From Thainema sp. (lineage in GTDB: Bacteria > Cyanobacteriota > Cyanobacteriia > Phormidesmidales > Phormidesmidaceae): a stretch of DNA of 64,000 bases. The stretch spans positions 1-64,000 of the forward strand of contig JBQLZK010000003.1 of NCBI GenBank assembly GCA_052168235.1, given 5' to 3'. The position numbers were made by a program, and so were the translations under genes. The stretch's first letter is position 1. Every line of letters begins with the position of its first letter. The notes under the pieces were generated by a model that was not told the origin of the DNA, did not search any database, and worked only from the letters and a program-made list of their open reading frames with translations. This document shows, in pieces, positions 31,214-41,827 of this stretch.

Positions 31214-32500
31214 TTACTGATGAATGCGGGATGCAGCAGACTCGGCCCGAGAGAGCAGCTGTCTTCGGAGCAGATCAAGTGCAGTAAAAGCGCTGACGTG
31301 GCGAATCCAACTGCGGCTGCGGCGAGCCCCAAACTGATACATAAACGTTTCGACTGCCTGATCAGCGCTTGCTAGGCCAATGTAGACCAATCCGACGGGC
31401 TTCGTCACGGTGCCACCTCCTGGCCCAGCAATGCCGGTAATGCTGATGCCCCAGGTTGTTCCAAGTAGGCGCTGGACACCAACCGCCATTTGATGGGCTA
31501 CGGTGTCACTGACGGCTCCATGCTCGGCTAAATCTGCTGGAGTAACGCCTAAGATTTTTTCCTTGACCGAATCATCATAAGACGTGATGCCACCGATAAA
31601 GTATTGAGAGCTACCTGGAATATCCGTAAAAAGCTGGCCTAATCCGCCGCCTGTACAGGATTCTGCTACTGATACGGTTGCGCCTGACTGCTGCAGCAAT
31701 TGACCTACCACCAACGGTAGGGTTTCATCGTCTGCGCCATAATAGTCGTGGCCTGCAATCTTGCGGAGCTGTTGCTCGACTGGCTCAATCAATTGTTTGG
31801 CTTCAGCCTCAGACCCAGCATGAGCCGAAAGGCGGAGCTTAACCTCACCGTCACTCGCATAGGGAGCAACGGTTGGGTTATTCAACTCAAAAAACGGATT
31901 GACTTTTTCCGCCAGGGTAGATTCACCAATGCCCCAGAACTTGAGGGTGCGGCTGTAAATCACGTCTTCACCCCAGCCTTGCTGCCGCAAATAGGGTACT
32001 GCCGTGGCTTGCCACATGGCTCGCATTTCCGACGGTACACCCGGAAAGGTGAGGATAAGTAGCCCTGTACGAGGTTGCCAAATCATGCCAGGGGCGCTGC
32101 CGACTGGATTGGGCAAGACTTCTGCGCCTTCTGGCAGAAGTGCCTGTTTCCGGTTGTTGGCCGTCATGGCGCGTCCGCGCTCAGCGAACTTCTGGGTCAT
32201 GTCAGCCAGGACTTCGGGATGTTCAACCAGCGGCACATCAAAAAAGTCTGCCAGGGTTTCAGTGGTTAGGTCATCTGGAGTGGGACCTAAGCCACCTGTA
32301 AAGATCAAAATTCGCGATCGCTCACATGCGATCGCAACCGCCTTCTTCAGGCGAATCGGATTATCACCAACCACTGTTTGGTAATAGTGGGGAATGCCAA
32401 GCTGAGCCAGCTCTTGAGCAAGGAACTGAACATTGGTATTTAAAATCTGCCCTAGTAGCAGTTCAGTCCCAACACAGATGATTTCCGCACTCATACTCAT
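31214..32500 (-). CDS. cinA: Competence/damage-inducible protein A (NMN deamidase C-terminus)
   Basis: AEIICVGTELLLG, TGGLGPTPDDLT, VAESCTGG, ITGIAGPGGG. Confidence 0.95.
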   Translation of the reverse strand: MSMSAEIICVGTELLLGQILNTNVQFLAQELAQLGIPHYYQTVVGDNPIRLKKAVAIACERSRILIFTGGLGPTPDDLTTETLADFFDVPLVEHPEVLADMTQKFAERGRAMTANNRKQALLPEGAEVLPNPVGSAPGMIWQPRTGLLILTFPGVPSEMRAMWQATAVPYLRQQGWGEDVIYSRTLKFWGIGESTLAEKVNPFFELNNPTVAPYASDGEVKLRLSAHAGSEAEAKQLIEPVEQQLRKIAGHDYYGADDETLPLVVGQLLQQSGATVSVAESCTGGGLGQLFTDIPGSSQYFIGGITSYDDSVKEKILGVTPADLAEHGAVSDTVAHQMAVGVQRLLGTTWGISITGIAGPGGGTVTKPVGLVYIGLASADQAVETFMYQFGARRSRSWIRHVSAFTALDLLRRQLLSRAESAASRIHQ

Positions 32501-32618
32501 CTGAACTAATTCCCATAAAGAGTGGACGCTATATTCATGGTTGTCACAAGTGCGATCGCTGAAGTGGATCTGCGACAACGGCAGAACACCATCATATAGC
32601 AATCCTAGGGCAAGCTAT

Positions 32619-33680
32619 TTACTGACGGGCGTGCTGGCGCACTTTCCAACCTGTATAGGTTAATAGCCCAGTAGCGGCTAGGGCATAGGCAATACCGCTG
32701 GGAATACCAGAAAAGGCCAGAGCTAGACTACCGACCCAAATCGTCAAAACATAAATAAATAGAACCGTTAATCGATGCGATAAACCTGCATCCAGTAGGC
32801 GATGGTGCAAATGACGTTTGTCTGCAATGAAAGGAGATTTGCCGCTGCGCAAGCGATCAAAAATCACTGCCGACATATCAAGCAGCGGGACAGCCAAAAT
32901 CAGGTAGGGCAGTAATACAGCTACGGTCGTAACGCTCTTGACTAGACCAATTACTCCGACCCCCGCTAAGGTAAAGCCAATAAAATAAGCGCCGCCGTCT
33001 CCCATAAAGATCTGTGCTGGATTGAAGTTGTAGCGCAAAAATCCCAGCGTACCTCCAGCCAGAGCCGCAGCGATGAGAGCAGCCGCTGGCTGATTCATAA
33101 ACAGCGAAACGATCAGCATGACAATGGCAGCAATACCTGAAACTCCTGCCGCCAAGCCGTCTAAACCATCAATCCAGTTAATCGCGTTAGCCATGCCTAC
33201 CAGCCAAAGGACCGTAATCGGCAAGCTAATCAACTCTGGCAACGGGGTCAATCCAGCAAAAGGAACAGTCAAGAACTCGATCTGTACCCCGGCTTTCCAT
33301 GCCAGCGCCGCAATCACAACCTGACAGAATAGGCGACTAATAGGAGACAAGCCGAATAAATCATCGGCTAAGCCAACTGCAAAAAAGGCTAGTCCACCAA
33401 CTGTCACTCCCCAAATCTCATACTCTTTGTGAGCGGGTAGATGATTGCCTAAATTATCAATAAATCCTCCCATCCACCAGACGATGAGCAACGCGATCAA
33501 AGCACCCAAATAAATGGATACTCCCCCTAATCGCACCATCGGGCGATCGTGAACCTTACGGCCCCCTGGTAAGTCAACGCGTCCGCTTTTAAGACCGATG
33601 CGCTTAACGACAGGCGTACTAAGCAGTACGACAGTAGCGGAGATAGTGAAAGCTAGAATGTGATACAGATGGGAAGGCAT
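32619..33680 (-). CDS. Undecaprenyl-phosphate GlcNAc-1-phosphate transferase (WecA/TagO, MraY-like)
   Basis: RKVH, GLADD, NAINWIDGLDGLA, IFMGDGG, HLHHRL. Confidence 0.9.
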   Translation of the reverse strand: MPSHLYHILAFTISATVVLLSTPVVKRIGLKSGRVDLPGGRKVHDRPMVRLGGVSIYLGALIALLIVWWMGGFIDNLGNHLPAHKEYEIWGVTVGGLAFFAVGLADDLFGLSPISRLFCQVVIAALAWKAGVQIEFLTVPFAGLTPLPELISLPITVLWLVGMANAINWIDGLDGLAAGVSGIAAIVMLIVSLFMNQPAAALIAAALAGGTLGFLRYNFNPAQIFMGDGGAYFIGFTLAGVGVIGLVKSVTTVAVLLPYLILAVPLLDMSAVIFDRLRSGKSPFIADKRHLHHRLLDAGLSHRLTVLFIYVLTIWVGSLALAFSGIPSGIAYALAATGLLTYTGWKVRQHARQ

Positions 33681-33946
33681 CTGGCAAACAACAGTACGTG
33701 ACTGGAACAAAATGACTCAGCCAGAGTCTACTAGAACTTAGACGGTTTTGCCAGAGATTAGCTCAACTTTTTGCCTTTTATAGGATTATTACAGAATCCA
33801 AACTTACTAGTAATAATGCCTCAAAGTATCAAAATAGACGAGGCTAAATCTCATCCGCGCAAAACAGCCTGAAGGCATGATAGTACGACTTGGACATATT
33901 GGTACAAATCCGCTCTAGAATTATGCTGCCAAAGACAACTAAGCAG

Positions 33947-33984
33947 AAAAAAAGCGCATCCCGCTTGAAATGCGCTCCTTTTTT
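33947..33984 (-). terminator. Probable terminator of glyA
   Basis: A-run + agcgcat...atgcgct + T-run. Confidence 0.5.
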
Positions 33985-34017
33985 ATCTATGAGATGTATT
34001 GATAAAATTGCAACCAA

Positions 34018-35301
34018 TTAGGCCATAGCGGGCAGCGGAATAGAGAGATGAGGATAGAGTGGAAAGCGATCGCACAATGAAGCGACCCGTTGCCGACAGT
34101 CCTGAACCATTGCCTCATCCTCAGGATTTAACAAGCAATCCACAATGATGTTGGCAATTCCCCGGAACTCATCCGCACCCATACCACGAGTTGTCATCGC
34201 GGGAGAACCTAGACGTAAGCCGCTGGTAACAAAGGGAGATTCTGGATCAAAGGGAACCGTGTTTTTATTCGCTGTAATATTGACTTGGCTAACTAGTTGA
34301 TCCGCCCGCTTACCCGTCATACCAATGCAGCGTAGATCGACTAGTAAAAGGTGATTGTCCGTGCCGCCAGAGACAACTTTAAAGTCACGGGCCTCTAGCT
34401 GCTGAGCGAGTGCCTGAGCATTCTGAATCACCTGCTGAGAGTAGGTCTTAAATTCGGGCTTCAACGCTTCACCAAAGGCAACAGCTTTGGCAGCAATCAC
34501 ATGCTCTAGAGGGCCGCCTTGAGAACCAGGGAATACGGCTTTGTCAAATTTCTTACCCAGCTCAGCGTCACGAGTCATGATTAATCCGCCCCGTGGCCCA
34601 CGCAGTGTTTTGTGGGTCGTCGTCGTCACCACATCACAGTAAGGGATGGGATTGGGATGGAGACCTGCGGCGACTAATCCAGCAATGTGTGCGATGTCAG
34701 CCATCAGGTAAGCGCCGACTTCATCGGCAATGGCACGAAACTTATCAAAATGAATCGTGCGGGGATAAGCGGAATAACCGCAGATGATTAGCTTGGGCTT
34801 GTGCTGAAGAGCTAGCTCGCGAATTTGATCATAATTGAGCTGCTCGGTTTCTTTATCTACCCCGTAGTGGCAAACGTTGAACCATTTACCCGATACGTTG
34901 ACCGGCGAACCGTGAGTGAGGTGACCACCGTGGGATAAATCCATTCCCATAATGGTGTCTCCTGGTTCAAGTAATGCCAGGAAAACTGCAAAATTGGCTT
35001 GAGCACCAGAGTGAGGTTGCACGTTAGCGTGTTCTGCGCCAAAGAGCTGTTTCACGCGATCGATTGCTAGCTGTTCGGCTTGATCAACAAACTCACAGCC
35101 ACCGTAGTAGCGTTTACGAGGTAAACCCTCAGCATACTTATTTGTGAGGACAGAACCTTGGGCGGCCATCACCGCAGCAGAAGTAAAGTTCTCGCTGGCA
35201 ATTAGTTCTAGGTGGTCACGCTGGCGCTGTAGTTCTTGCTGTAGAACCGCAGCAATTTCTGGATCGGTGGTTGCTAGAAAATCAAGATTAGTCTGAGTCA
35301 C
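34018..35301 (-). CDS. glyA: Serine hydroxymethyltransferase
   Basis: [42 protein letters not shown]. Confidence 0.98.
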   Translation of the reverse strand: MTQTNLDFLATTDPEIAAVLQQELQRQRDHLELIASENFTSAAVMAAQGSVLTNKYAEGLPRKRYYGGCEFVDQAEQLAIDRVKQLFGAEHANVQPHSGAQANFAVFLALLEPGDTIMGMDLSHGGHLTHGSPVNVSGKWFNVCHYGVDKETEQLNYDQIRELALQHKPKLIICGYSAYPRTIHFDKFRAIADEVGAYLMADIAHIAGLVAAGLHPNPIPYCDVVTTTTHKTLRGPRGGLIMTRDAELGKKFDKAVFPGSQGGPLEHVIAAKAVAFGEALKPEFKTYSQQVIQNAQALAQQLEARDFKVVSGGTDNHLLLVDLRCIGMTGKRADQLVSQVNITANKNTVPFDPESPFVTSGLRLGSPAMTTRGMGADEFRGIANIIVDCLLNPEDEAMVQDCRQRVASLCDRFPLYPHLSIPLPAMA

Positions 35302-35927
35302 AGTTCGTTTGTCCCCTTCAGAAATCGTAAAAATCAGTGGAAAATCGGATTATGTGGAGTTGTGCAAAACTTACACAAAATTTGTGGGTCGTACTCAAAA
35401 AGCGCTTACCTGAATACCACGACCAGTTTGTGGAGATGTACAGGGCAATACAATATAGTGCGGAACTCAATCATTTCGGAGCATTCAGCAATAACTTAGT
35501 ATCAGCAACAAATACCGATCAATAACTGCCAGTAATCAATCATGATTAGAGCAATGCATAGTATAGATGGTGTAATGGCTGAATCGACTAGATTATTCAT
35601 AATAACGCTGTTTGTAGTCAGAGCTGGCGCGATCGCAAAATTCCTGTCTAACAAATTCAGCTTGACTGCACTCAGGCCCATTCGCTGTTAAGCAATGTAT
35701 TCTAGACATCAATTCCTCTAAGCAGTTGCCATACAATGATCCCAGAGGCTTTACTTGGCGTTTTGCAGTGATACAACCCCTCGCCTCACCTAGTTAGATT
35801 GATGCTGCCCTGCGGCAAGCTTATGGTTGTGTTAGCGGTTTGAAAGACGTTTCGACCGTCTGGGCGATCAGCCTACAATCTAGGACTACGAAGAGTCATC
35901 CACATTAGAATGGAGGTGCTCAGCTTT

Positions 35928-36125
35928 ATGTTAGTCATTCTCATGAATGATCAGTTACTTGCCCCCGAACAGGTATGCCAATCGTGCCTGATGGCGAATC
36001 AGTACGGACAACCTCGTTGGCAACAGGGCAAACTCCGCTGCGGTCGGGCACTGGGTCGCCAAGCCGAACAGCAGCCAGAACAGTTTGAATGCCAAATGGG
36101 CTTTCGGTTTGCCAATATCGAGTAG
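35928..36125 (+). CDS. Small Cys-containing cyanobacterial hypothetical protein
   Basis: GGAGG RBS; CQSC...LRCG...ECQMGF pattern suggests a metal-binding ribbon. Confidence 0.7.
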   Translation: MLVILMNDQLLAPEQVCQSCLMANQYGQPRWQQGKLRCGRALGRQAEQQPEQFECQMGFRFANIE

Positions 36126-36212
36126 GTATCTTCAGTCAGGATCTTCTCCTGGTTCAGTATTCCATATCAGTACTCAGGGCGTAGTAAGCAACCCGCTCTT
36201 TAGCTTAGATTT

Positions 36213-37013
36213 TTGTCAGTCCCTCTATGCCTTGCTGCTGTGCCTTTGCGATCGCACTCTCGGTTCCGTCCTTGGTTCCATTACCTGAGCCCGAGCCTTT
36301 GGTTGAGCTTGGTCTGCATTACGCTCTACATTGCCACCTTGCTCATCGATCAGGCCAATATTTCGTCTGATGTAGCCTCTCTCAGAGTATTAGCGCCCAG
36401 TATCGTCAGTGTTTGGCTGTTTGGCGCATCGGGTTCTATTCCGGTTTTCGAGCAAGGACGCTGGTGGACAATTCTCAGTGCGGGCTGGCTGCATGGCGAC
36501 TTACTGCATCTTACCTTTAACTTATTGTGGCTCAACCAGTTGGCTCCAGCCGTTGCGCGGGCCTATGACAGCAGTCGCTTGATCATTCTCTATGTAGTCA
36601 GCACCGCCGTTGGCGTTATAGCGAGTGCAACCGTTAGCTACTACTGGCCAAACTTACCCAATCGGCTACAGGGTGCTGAACTTACCGTTGGTGCATCTGG
36701 AGCCATTTTTGGCCTTCTGGGAGCACTGATTGTCTATGGTCAGCGCAAACCCCATCCCCGGATTTTCAGAATTGCCCTGGTCTATGCCGTGCTGCTGTTT
36801 GGGTTTAGCTTTATGATGCCCAATGTCGATAATTGGGGACACCTAGGCGGTCTACTCGGCGGTTATCTCTGCGCCTATTGGCTCGATACCGATCATCGAC
36901 CATTTTTCATCTGGACTGGAGTTGCGATCGCACTTTCTATCTGCACCATCGTCAGTATCACCGCCTCACTAATCTTCGGCCTAGCGCTATTCCGAGAGCA
37001 GATCTATTTTTAG
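36213..37013 (+). CDS. Rhomboid intramembrane serine protease
   Basis: WLHGDLLHLTFN, GASGAIFGL (catalytic Ser), DNWGHLGGLLGG (catalytic His); start uncertain. Confidence 0.9.
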   Translation: MSVPLCLAAVPLRSHSRFRPWFHYLSPSLWLSLVCITLYIATLLIDQANISSDVASLRVLAPSIVSVWLFGASGSIPVFEQGRWWTILSAGWLHGDLLHLTFNLLWLNQLAPAVARAYDSSRLIILYVVSTAVGVIASATVSYYWPNLPNRLQGAELTVGASGAIFGLLGALIVYGQRKPHPRIFRIALVYAVLLFGFSFMMPNVDNWGHLGGLLGGYLCAYWLDTDHRPFFIWTGVAIALSICTIVSITASLIFGLALFREQIYF

Positions 37014-37035
37014 CCCCCAAGGCCTCCCTCAGTCT

Positions 37036-38064
37036 CTAAAACTCACTCTGCTCTAAAATGCTGTCCAGCGATGTAATCCGCAAAACGCGATCGCCATCAT
37101 CGGGGCTAAAAACTTCCACATTGTTACCGCCCTGATAGACGTAATACACTCCGCCACTGACTGGAATTGCCCGCACGGATACAGCATTAAGTTCTAATGT
37201 TTCGGTGGTTGAATTGTATACATTCAGGCGAATGTCACTGCCAATGCGGAAGACGCGCACCGCATAGTCCTCAGTTTGAAATGCGAATGGCAGGTCATTG
37301 TTGCCGATTTCTAGCTGGTTATTGTTAGCGGCAATGATTGAATAGCCCTGGCTGTAGCCGCGACGATAGGCAGCGGCTTCTTCTGCCCGCAAAAACTGGG
37401 CTTGGACAGTTGGATCTTGAATTCGGCCTGCCAGCGCGTCTATTTGTCCCTGCTCAAAGCCGCGATTGTAATAGTATTCAGGGTTTATGGGTCGGCTGCC
37501 ACCCGTGCCTTGTGAAGAGGATGGCACTCCGGTTGAGGGAGGATTACCGGCTAAGACGTAGTTATACCCCGTCTCATACCCTAACCGATAGGCAGTTCTG
37601 AGTTCTGTGCCTAAAAACTGAAGCTGGGCATTGGGATCGCGCTGGACACCAGCGGCGGCATCGGCTTGTCCCTGTTGATAGCCTTGACTGTAGAAATATT
37701 CGCGATCGCTAATTGTGTCGGGTCGCACGCTGCCGCCTGTGCCTTGTCCCGGTAGAGGTAAACTACCCGGTTGAATGGCCACAAAGTCGCTACGAACCCA
37801 TCCGGTTAGGTTGCGATCGCGCAGTTCAACGTAGTACCAAATCAATCCGTCATCGCCGACTTCTTGAAACCGGGCTTCGACAATGTCGCCAGCCAGTCCC
37901 GTACCGGGAGAATAGGCTTGAGCAGACGGTCGCGATCGCAAGTTGATGGCACTACCGGGCTGCCGCGCCGTAAGGTATGCTGTAACCGCCCAACCGGGCA
38001 GCGTGGTTCCAATGATTAGCCCAGAAGCAGCCAACAGGCTGAGGGCAATTGAGCGTAGTTTCAT
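37036..38064 (-). CDS. Exported SH3b-domain protein with two YxxGYxxG helical repeats
   Basis: Signal peptide MKLRSIALSLLA, INLRSRPS...WYYV...GWVRSDFV, duplicated repeat unit. Confidence 0.78.
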   Translation of the reverse strand: MKLRSIALSLLAASGLIIGTTLPGWAVTAYLTARQPGSAINLRSRPSAQAYSPGTGLAGDIVEARFQEVGDDGLIWYYVELRDRNLTGWVRSDFVAIQPGSLPLPGQGTGGSVRPDTISDREYFYSQGYQQGQADAAAGVQRDPNAQLQFLGTELRTAYRLGYETGYNYVLAGNPPSTGVPSSSQGTGGSRPINPEYYYNRGFEQGQIDALAGRIQDPTVQAQFLRAEEAAAYRRGYSQGYSIIAANNNQLEIGNNDLPFAFQTEDYAVRVFRIGSDIRLNVYNSTTETLELNAVSVRAIPVSGGVYYVYQGGNNVEVFSPDDGDRVLRITSLDSILEQSEF

Positions 38065-38348
38065 AACCATGACGACGGTAGTGACTCCAAAAACGATTCT
38101 GTGAGGATGGGGCGACGACAGCGATGGGTATGCCATAACCATACGAAGGGATACAGAATTTTAGCGAGAAATTCCCTAATTCTTCATGTATTGAGAGGAA
38201 TGGCCACGATATTGAGGAGTAGATAAGGGATAGTAATTGAGTATGACGGCGCTGTCATACTGCACTGTCATAATGGGGAATTGTTTCTAGACCTTTTGGG
38301 GATAGTCAATCAGTTGAATCAACAATCAGGCAGGGTCAGGAGGAGAAC

Positions 38349-39374
38349 GTGTTAGCAGCGGTGCTGTATGGTCAAGAGGATTTGCGGTTGGAGACGGTTG
38401 ATGATCCGACGCCGAATGAGGGAGAAGTGGTAATTCGGGTCAAGGCAGCGACCACCTGTGGAACTGATCTGAAGGTGTGGCGGCGGGGTGGACATGCCAA
38501 GATGCTGAAGCCACCGACGCTGTTTGGGCATGAAGCGGCAGGGGAAGTGGTTGCACTCGGTAAAGGAGTGATGGATTGGCAGATTGGCGATCGCGTTGTC
38601 GCCAACAACTCGGCTCCCTGTATGAACTGCTTTTTTTGCCAGCGGCAGGAGTTTTCGCTCTGCCCAAATTTGACGTTCAATAACGGGACGTTTGCTGAGT
38701 TCTTGAAAATCCCGGCTGCAATTGTTCAGCACAACCTGCTGCCAATTCCGGACGGGATGCCAACTGCGATCGCATCGATGACCGAACCATTGGCCTGCGT
38801 GTTGCACGGGATTGCTCGCTCAAATGTCAAACCCGGTGATCGAGTGGTCTTACTGGGCGATGGGGCGATTGGATTAATGTTTGTGGCAGCGTTGGCCCAG
38901 CAGCAGGTTGAAGTGATTCAGTTCGGCGGCAGCGATCCGCGTCTCGCGATTGGCCAAAAACTTGGTGCAGCTCAGACCTTTAACTATCATAGCGTGGACG
39001 ATATTCCCGACTTGGTGAAGAGTCTAACCGACGGTTGGGGAGCCGATATTGTGATTGAAGCAACCGGAGTTCCCTCTGCTTGGGAAACGGCCATTGCCTG
39101 TGCCCGTCCGGGTGCTACGGTTAATCTATTCGGTGGCTGTCCCCGCAATACGAGTATCTCTGTCGATACGGAGCAGCTCCACTACAGCGAGTTGACGCTA
39201 AAAGGGGTATTTCACAACACGCCCAAATACGTGCGCGAGTCGCTGAATTTTCTTACTGAGTATGCCGATCAGATGCAGTTGTTAATTTCAGGCCAGCAGC
39301 CGCTCACGGAATTGGAGCAGGTGTTCCAGGCCATGAAAGCGCGTCAGGTGATTAAAGTTGCGATCGCGCCCTAA
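38349..39374 (+). CDS. Zinc-dependent medium-chain alcohol/sugar dehydrogenase
   Basis: CGTD, GHE, CxxCxxCx7C structural Zn, EPLAC, GDGAIG. Confidence 0.92.
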   Translation: MLAAVLYGQEDLRLETVDDPTPNEGEVVIRVKAATTCGTDLKVWRRGGHAKMLKPPTLFGHEAAGEVVALGKGVMDWQIGDRVVANNSAPCMNCFFCQRQEFSLCPNLTFNNGTFAEFLKIPAAIVQHNLLPIPDGMPTAIASMTEPLACVLHGIARSNVKPGDRVVLLGDGAIGLMFVAALAQQQVEVIQFGGSDPRLAIGQKLGAAQTFNYHSVDDIPDLVKSLTDGWGADIVIEATGVPSAWETAIACARPGATVNLFGGCPRNTSISVDTEQLHYSELTLKGVFHNTPKYVRESLNFLTEYADQMQLLISGQQPLTELEQVFQAMKARQVIKVAIAP

Positions 39375-39386
39375 AATTTAATTCCC

Positions 39387-39427
39387 ATTGCGATGTGAGC
39401 GACACGGGGTGTCGCTCACATCGCAAT
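39387..39427. terminator. Perfect 19-bp-stem hairpin between convergent genes
   Basis: attgcgatgtgagcgacac-ggg-gtgtcgctcacatcgcaat. Confidence 0.65.
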
Positions 39428-40023
39428 CACTTACCCATATTGCGTTTCATCTCGTTCAGTTCGTCTTCCATTTCCCATCGACGGAACTGAGCCTCTAAGG
39501 GGTCAGCCGCAGCTTGAGTGGAACGGTAGGACGACGCCCCATAATCCGCCGAGGGATTCCAGTTGGTTGACCAACTGGCCGCCTGTGCGGCCTGAGCCGC
39601 TCTTGCGGCTTCGACTTCCTGAAGTTTGGCTTTGACTTCTTTCCGGCGCGTTTGGATACGCTGATATAGCTCTTTTGTCTGCTGAATTCGGTCTTTGATG
39701 CCCTTCATTTGGCCCCAGAGCTGGTTGCCCTCCCGCAGGAGAGCCGCTTCACGTTCTTCAGCGGGTTTCACCAGATCCCAGCGCTGAGCGTTTTTGGCTT
39801 TTTCAATCCGAACATGCCACCGCTGCACTTCTTGGGCGGTGTTCAGAATACTGGCCTCGGTATTTTTCTCCTGACGCTGCAAATCTCCAATTAGCCGCAG
39901 CGTATCGGCGTCCTGCTCCCGTAGCTGCTCGTCGAGGGCCTGTAGTTCTAAGTGAGGATTATTGCGGAGAAATTCTTCGAGCCGCGTTTCCAAAAAACGG
40001 CTGAAATCTTCAAATAGACCCAT
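39427..40023 (-). CDS. TIGR04376-like coiled-coil protein (PspA/IM30-related)
   Basis: MGLFEDFSRFLETRLEEFLRNNPHLEL start, long helices, DPLEAQFRRWE..DEL end. Confidence 0.75.
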   Translation of the reverse strand: MGLFEDFSRFLETRLEEFLRNNPHLELQALDEQLREQDADTLRLIGDLQRQEKNTEASILNTAQEVQRWHVRIEKAKNAQRWDLVKPAEEREAALLREGNQLWGQMKGIKDRIQQTKELYQRIQTRRKEVKAKLQEVEAARAAQAAQAASWSTNWNPSADYGASSYRSTQAAADPLEAQFRRWEMEDELNEMKRNMGK

Positions 40024-40177
40024 AGCACAAGCTCCTAGTGGCAGTCGGTGTTGGTTAAGCAACATTCCAGATCATGAGCAGTCAACTTAGTAGTCAACGT
40101 ATCTGCTCACTGTCCTGTGTACACCTTTTACACCTTAACCTGCCACTGCCAAAGGTTACTGGATCAGGGTCGCTGAA

Positions 40178-40271
40178 TAGTCTGTCAACTTTGTTTTAGT
40201 GGGGTTTGATGATGGATGTGTCGCGCTCTGCGCGGCACATCCATCATCAAAACTTAATTTACAGAGTACTG
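40178..40271. mobile_element. Miniature element with imperfect terminal IRs and a 22-bp internal hairpin (40205-40251)
   Basis: Ends tagtctgtcaactttgtttt / aaaacttaatttacagagtactg; stem tttgatgatggatgtgtcgcgc-tct-gcgcggcacatccatcatcaaa. Confidence 0.5.
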
Positions 40272-40281
40272 AATCAGGGGC

Positions 40282-41442
40282 TTAAAACTTTTGGCCAACG
40301 AAAACTGAACGAATTTCACCATTGCGACGAATGATCGCTTCCTGATTAGATACCGTCACCAACGTCCAGCCGCTGGATGCGATCGCTTCTCCAGCAAAGA
40401 ACCGCTGCGTGACGCCCTCAATGTCAAACAGCGCCGCTGAGCGATCGCCCAGTTCCATGATGCCAACCAACGTGTGGTTGCCGACTGGAGCTGTAGACGA
40501 ACTGGAAGCCGCTGCCTGTGGGCTATTGGTGGGAGATGGATTGGCGGCTGCACCACTGCTGGCCGCAGGACTACTGCTGGGAGTGGGCAGTGACGAGGTG
40601 GCATTGCCGTAGGTTTCAGCAATATTGCGGAACGGCACGGTGCCAGGAGCTGTAGCAGTCGCCGATGGAGATGCACCACCGGGTGGTTGATAAAGCGGCA
40701 CATATACCCGCTCAATCACGCGCTGCCCTGAACCTAAGCCTTGCGGAATCAACGGCTGTCCGGTGCTGCTGCCTGGAACGAGAACCGGAGGTAGAGCGCT
40801 AGATGCCATGGCTGTTGATCCGGCTGCTCCTCCAGTCGAATTGGCGTTAGCGGTAGGAGGCTGCATCGCCGCGCGCCGATCAATCATCTCCAGAGAGCGA
40901 TCGAGATAGGTTAAAAACTCAGCATCCGATTGAGCTTGAATTTCTTCGGGCGACAAGCGGGGATTGCTGCTAGTGGTCGGCACACCCTGAGAATTTTGTC
41001 GATTTGAGAGCCAAATGCCAGCGGTTAGCACCAGCGCTGTAAAGGCGGCTCCCAATAGTAAGAAATCTAATCGTCGCTCCCGCCGTTTGGCTTTTTCCAG
41101 CTCATCGCGAATCAGCGCCAGTTCTGAGCTGTTTTCGTCGTCCTCAATTTTCGTTAGAGCCGAGCTGGGAGGATTGATTAAGGTTGCAGGCAGCACTATC
41201 TGAGGGGTAGCGATTGGTTCTGGGTCTTCGACCTGCGCTGTCTCAGTCGGTAGTTCTAAACCTTCGTCAAGGGCATACTCCACATCGTTAAACAGCTCGT
41301 CCATTAATCCATTGGCATAGCTGTCCATCAGAGTGGACGCATCAGGGACTTCGATACCAGACACCGTATTAGGCGCTGCGTTGGACGCTGTGGTGTCGGG
41401 AGTGACGGCGGATTCAGGATAGGTGCTGACGTCTTTGGACAT
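40282..41442 (-). CDS. Bitopic membrane protein with a C-terminal PilP/GspC-like beta domain
   Basis: Acidic N-terminus, one TM, Ser/Pro/Ala linker, TLVGIMELGDRSAALF...GEAIASSGWTLVTV. Confidence 0.65.
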   Translation of the reverse strand: MSKDVSTYPESAVTPDTTASNAAPNTVSGIEVPDASTLMDSYANGLMDELFNDVEYALDEGLELPTETAQVEDPEPIATPQIVLPATLINPPSSALTKIEDDENSSELALIRDELEKAKRRERRLDFLLLGAAFTALVLTAGIWLSNRQNSQGVPTTSSNPRLSPEEIQAQSDAEFLTYLDRSLEMIDRRAAMQPPTANANSTGGAAGSTAMASSALPPVLVPGSSTGQPLIPQGLGSGQRVIERVYVPLYQPPGGASPSATATAPGTVPFRNIAETYGNATSSLPTPSSSPAASSGAAANPSPTNSPQAAASSSSTAPVGNHTLVGIMELGDRSAALFDIEGVTQRFFAGEAIASSGWTLVTVSNQEAIIRRNGEIRSVFVGQKF

Positions 41443-41827
41443 CGGTGGCTAACGAATAGAGTGCAACGAAAATGAGGCTGGAATATCAAGTTTGGCTGAA
41501 AGCTGTATTTTTGCGAAAAGCCTGTAGTACAAGCCTTTCGCAAAAACAATCAGGTTCTCACATACAAACTTGGTGCAAAAGCTACCTGAAACGGTAATCA
41601 AAGGTGCTGAAATCGTCAATAGCGATCGCAGATTATTTTCGGTATTTGAGCCAGTGATCGGCTTCAGGATAGCCAAATCCGCCGAGATAGGTCAGCGGTG
41701 GCTAAAACTGTAGCAATGGATGACTAAAGTGACTCAGGTGCGATCGCAATTACTAACCAAACTTAACCAAAACAAAAGGTGATCTGTGGCTGAGTTGGCC
41801 GACAAATCACCTGAGTTGAGAATTAAG

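Noticed and set aside
35336..35440. Several TGTGG-like 9-mers suggestive of DnaA boxes/oriC
   Set aside because: No perfect box, irregular spacing, no dnaA/dnaN nearby
35853..35866. CGACCGTCTGGGCG resembling the 3' end of a ZMP/ZTP riboswitch near glyA
   Set aside because: On the strand opposite to glyA, no recognisable P1/P2 (GACTGRCG..GTGG..CCAC) upstream, and it overlaps a likely promoter of the divergent gene
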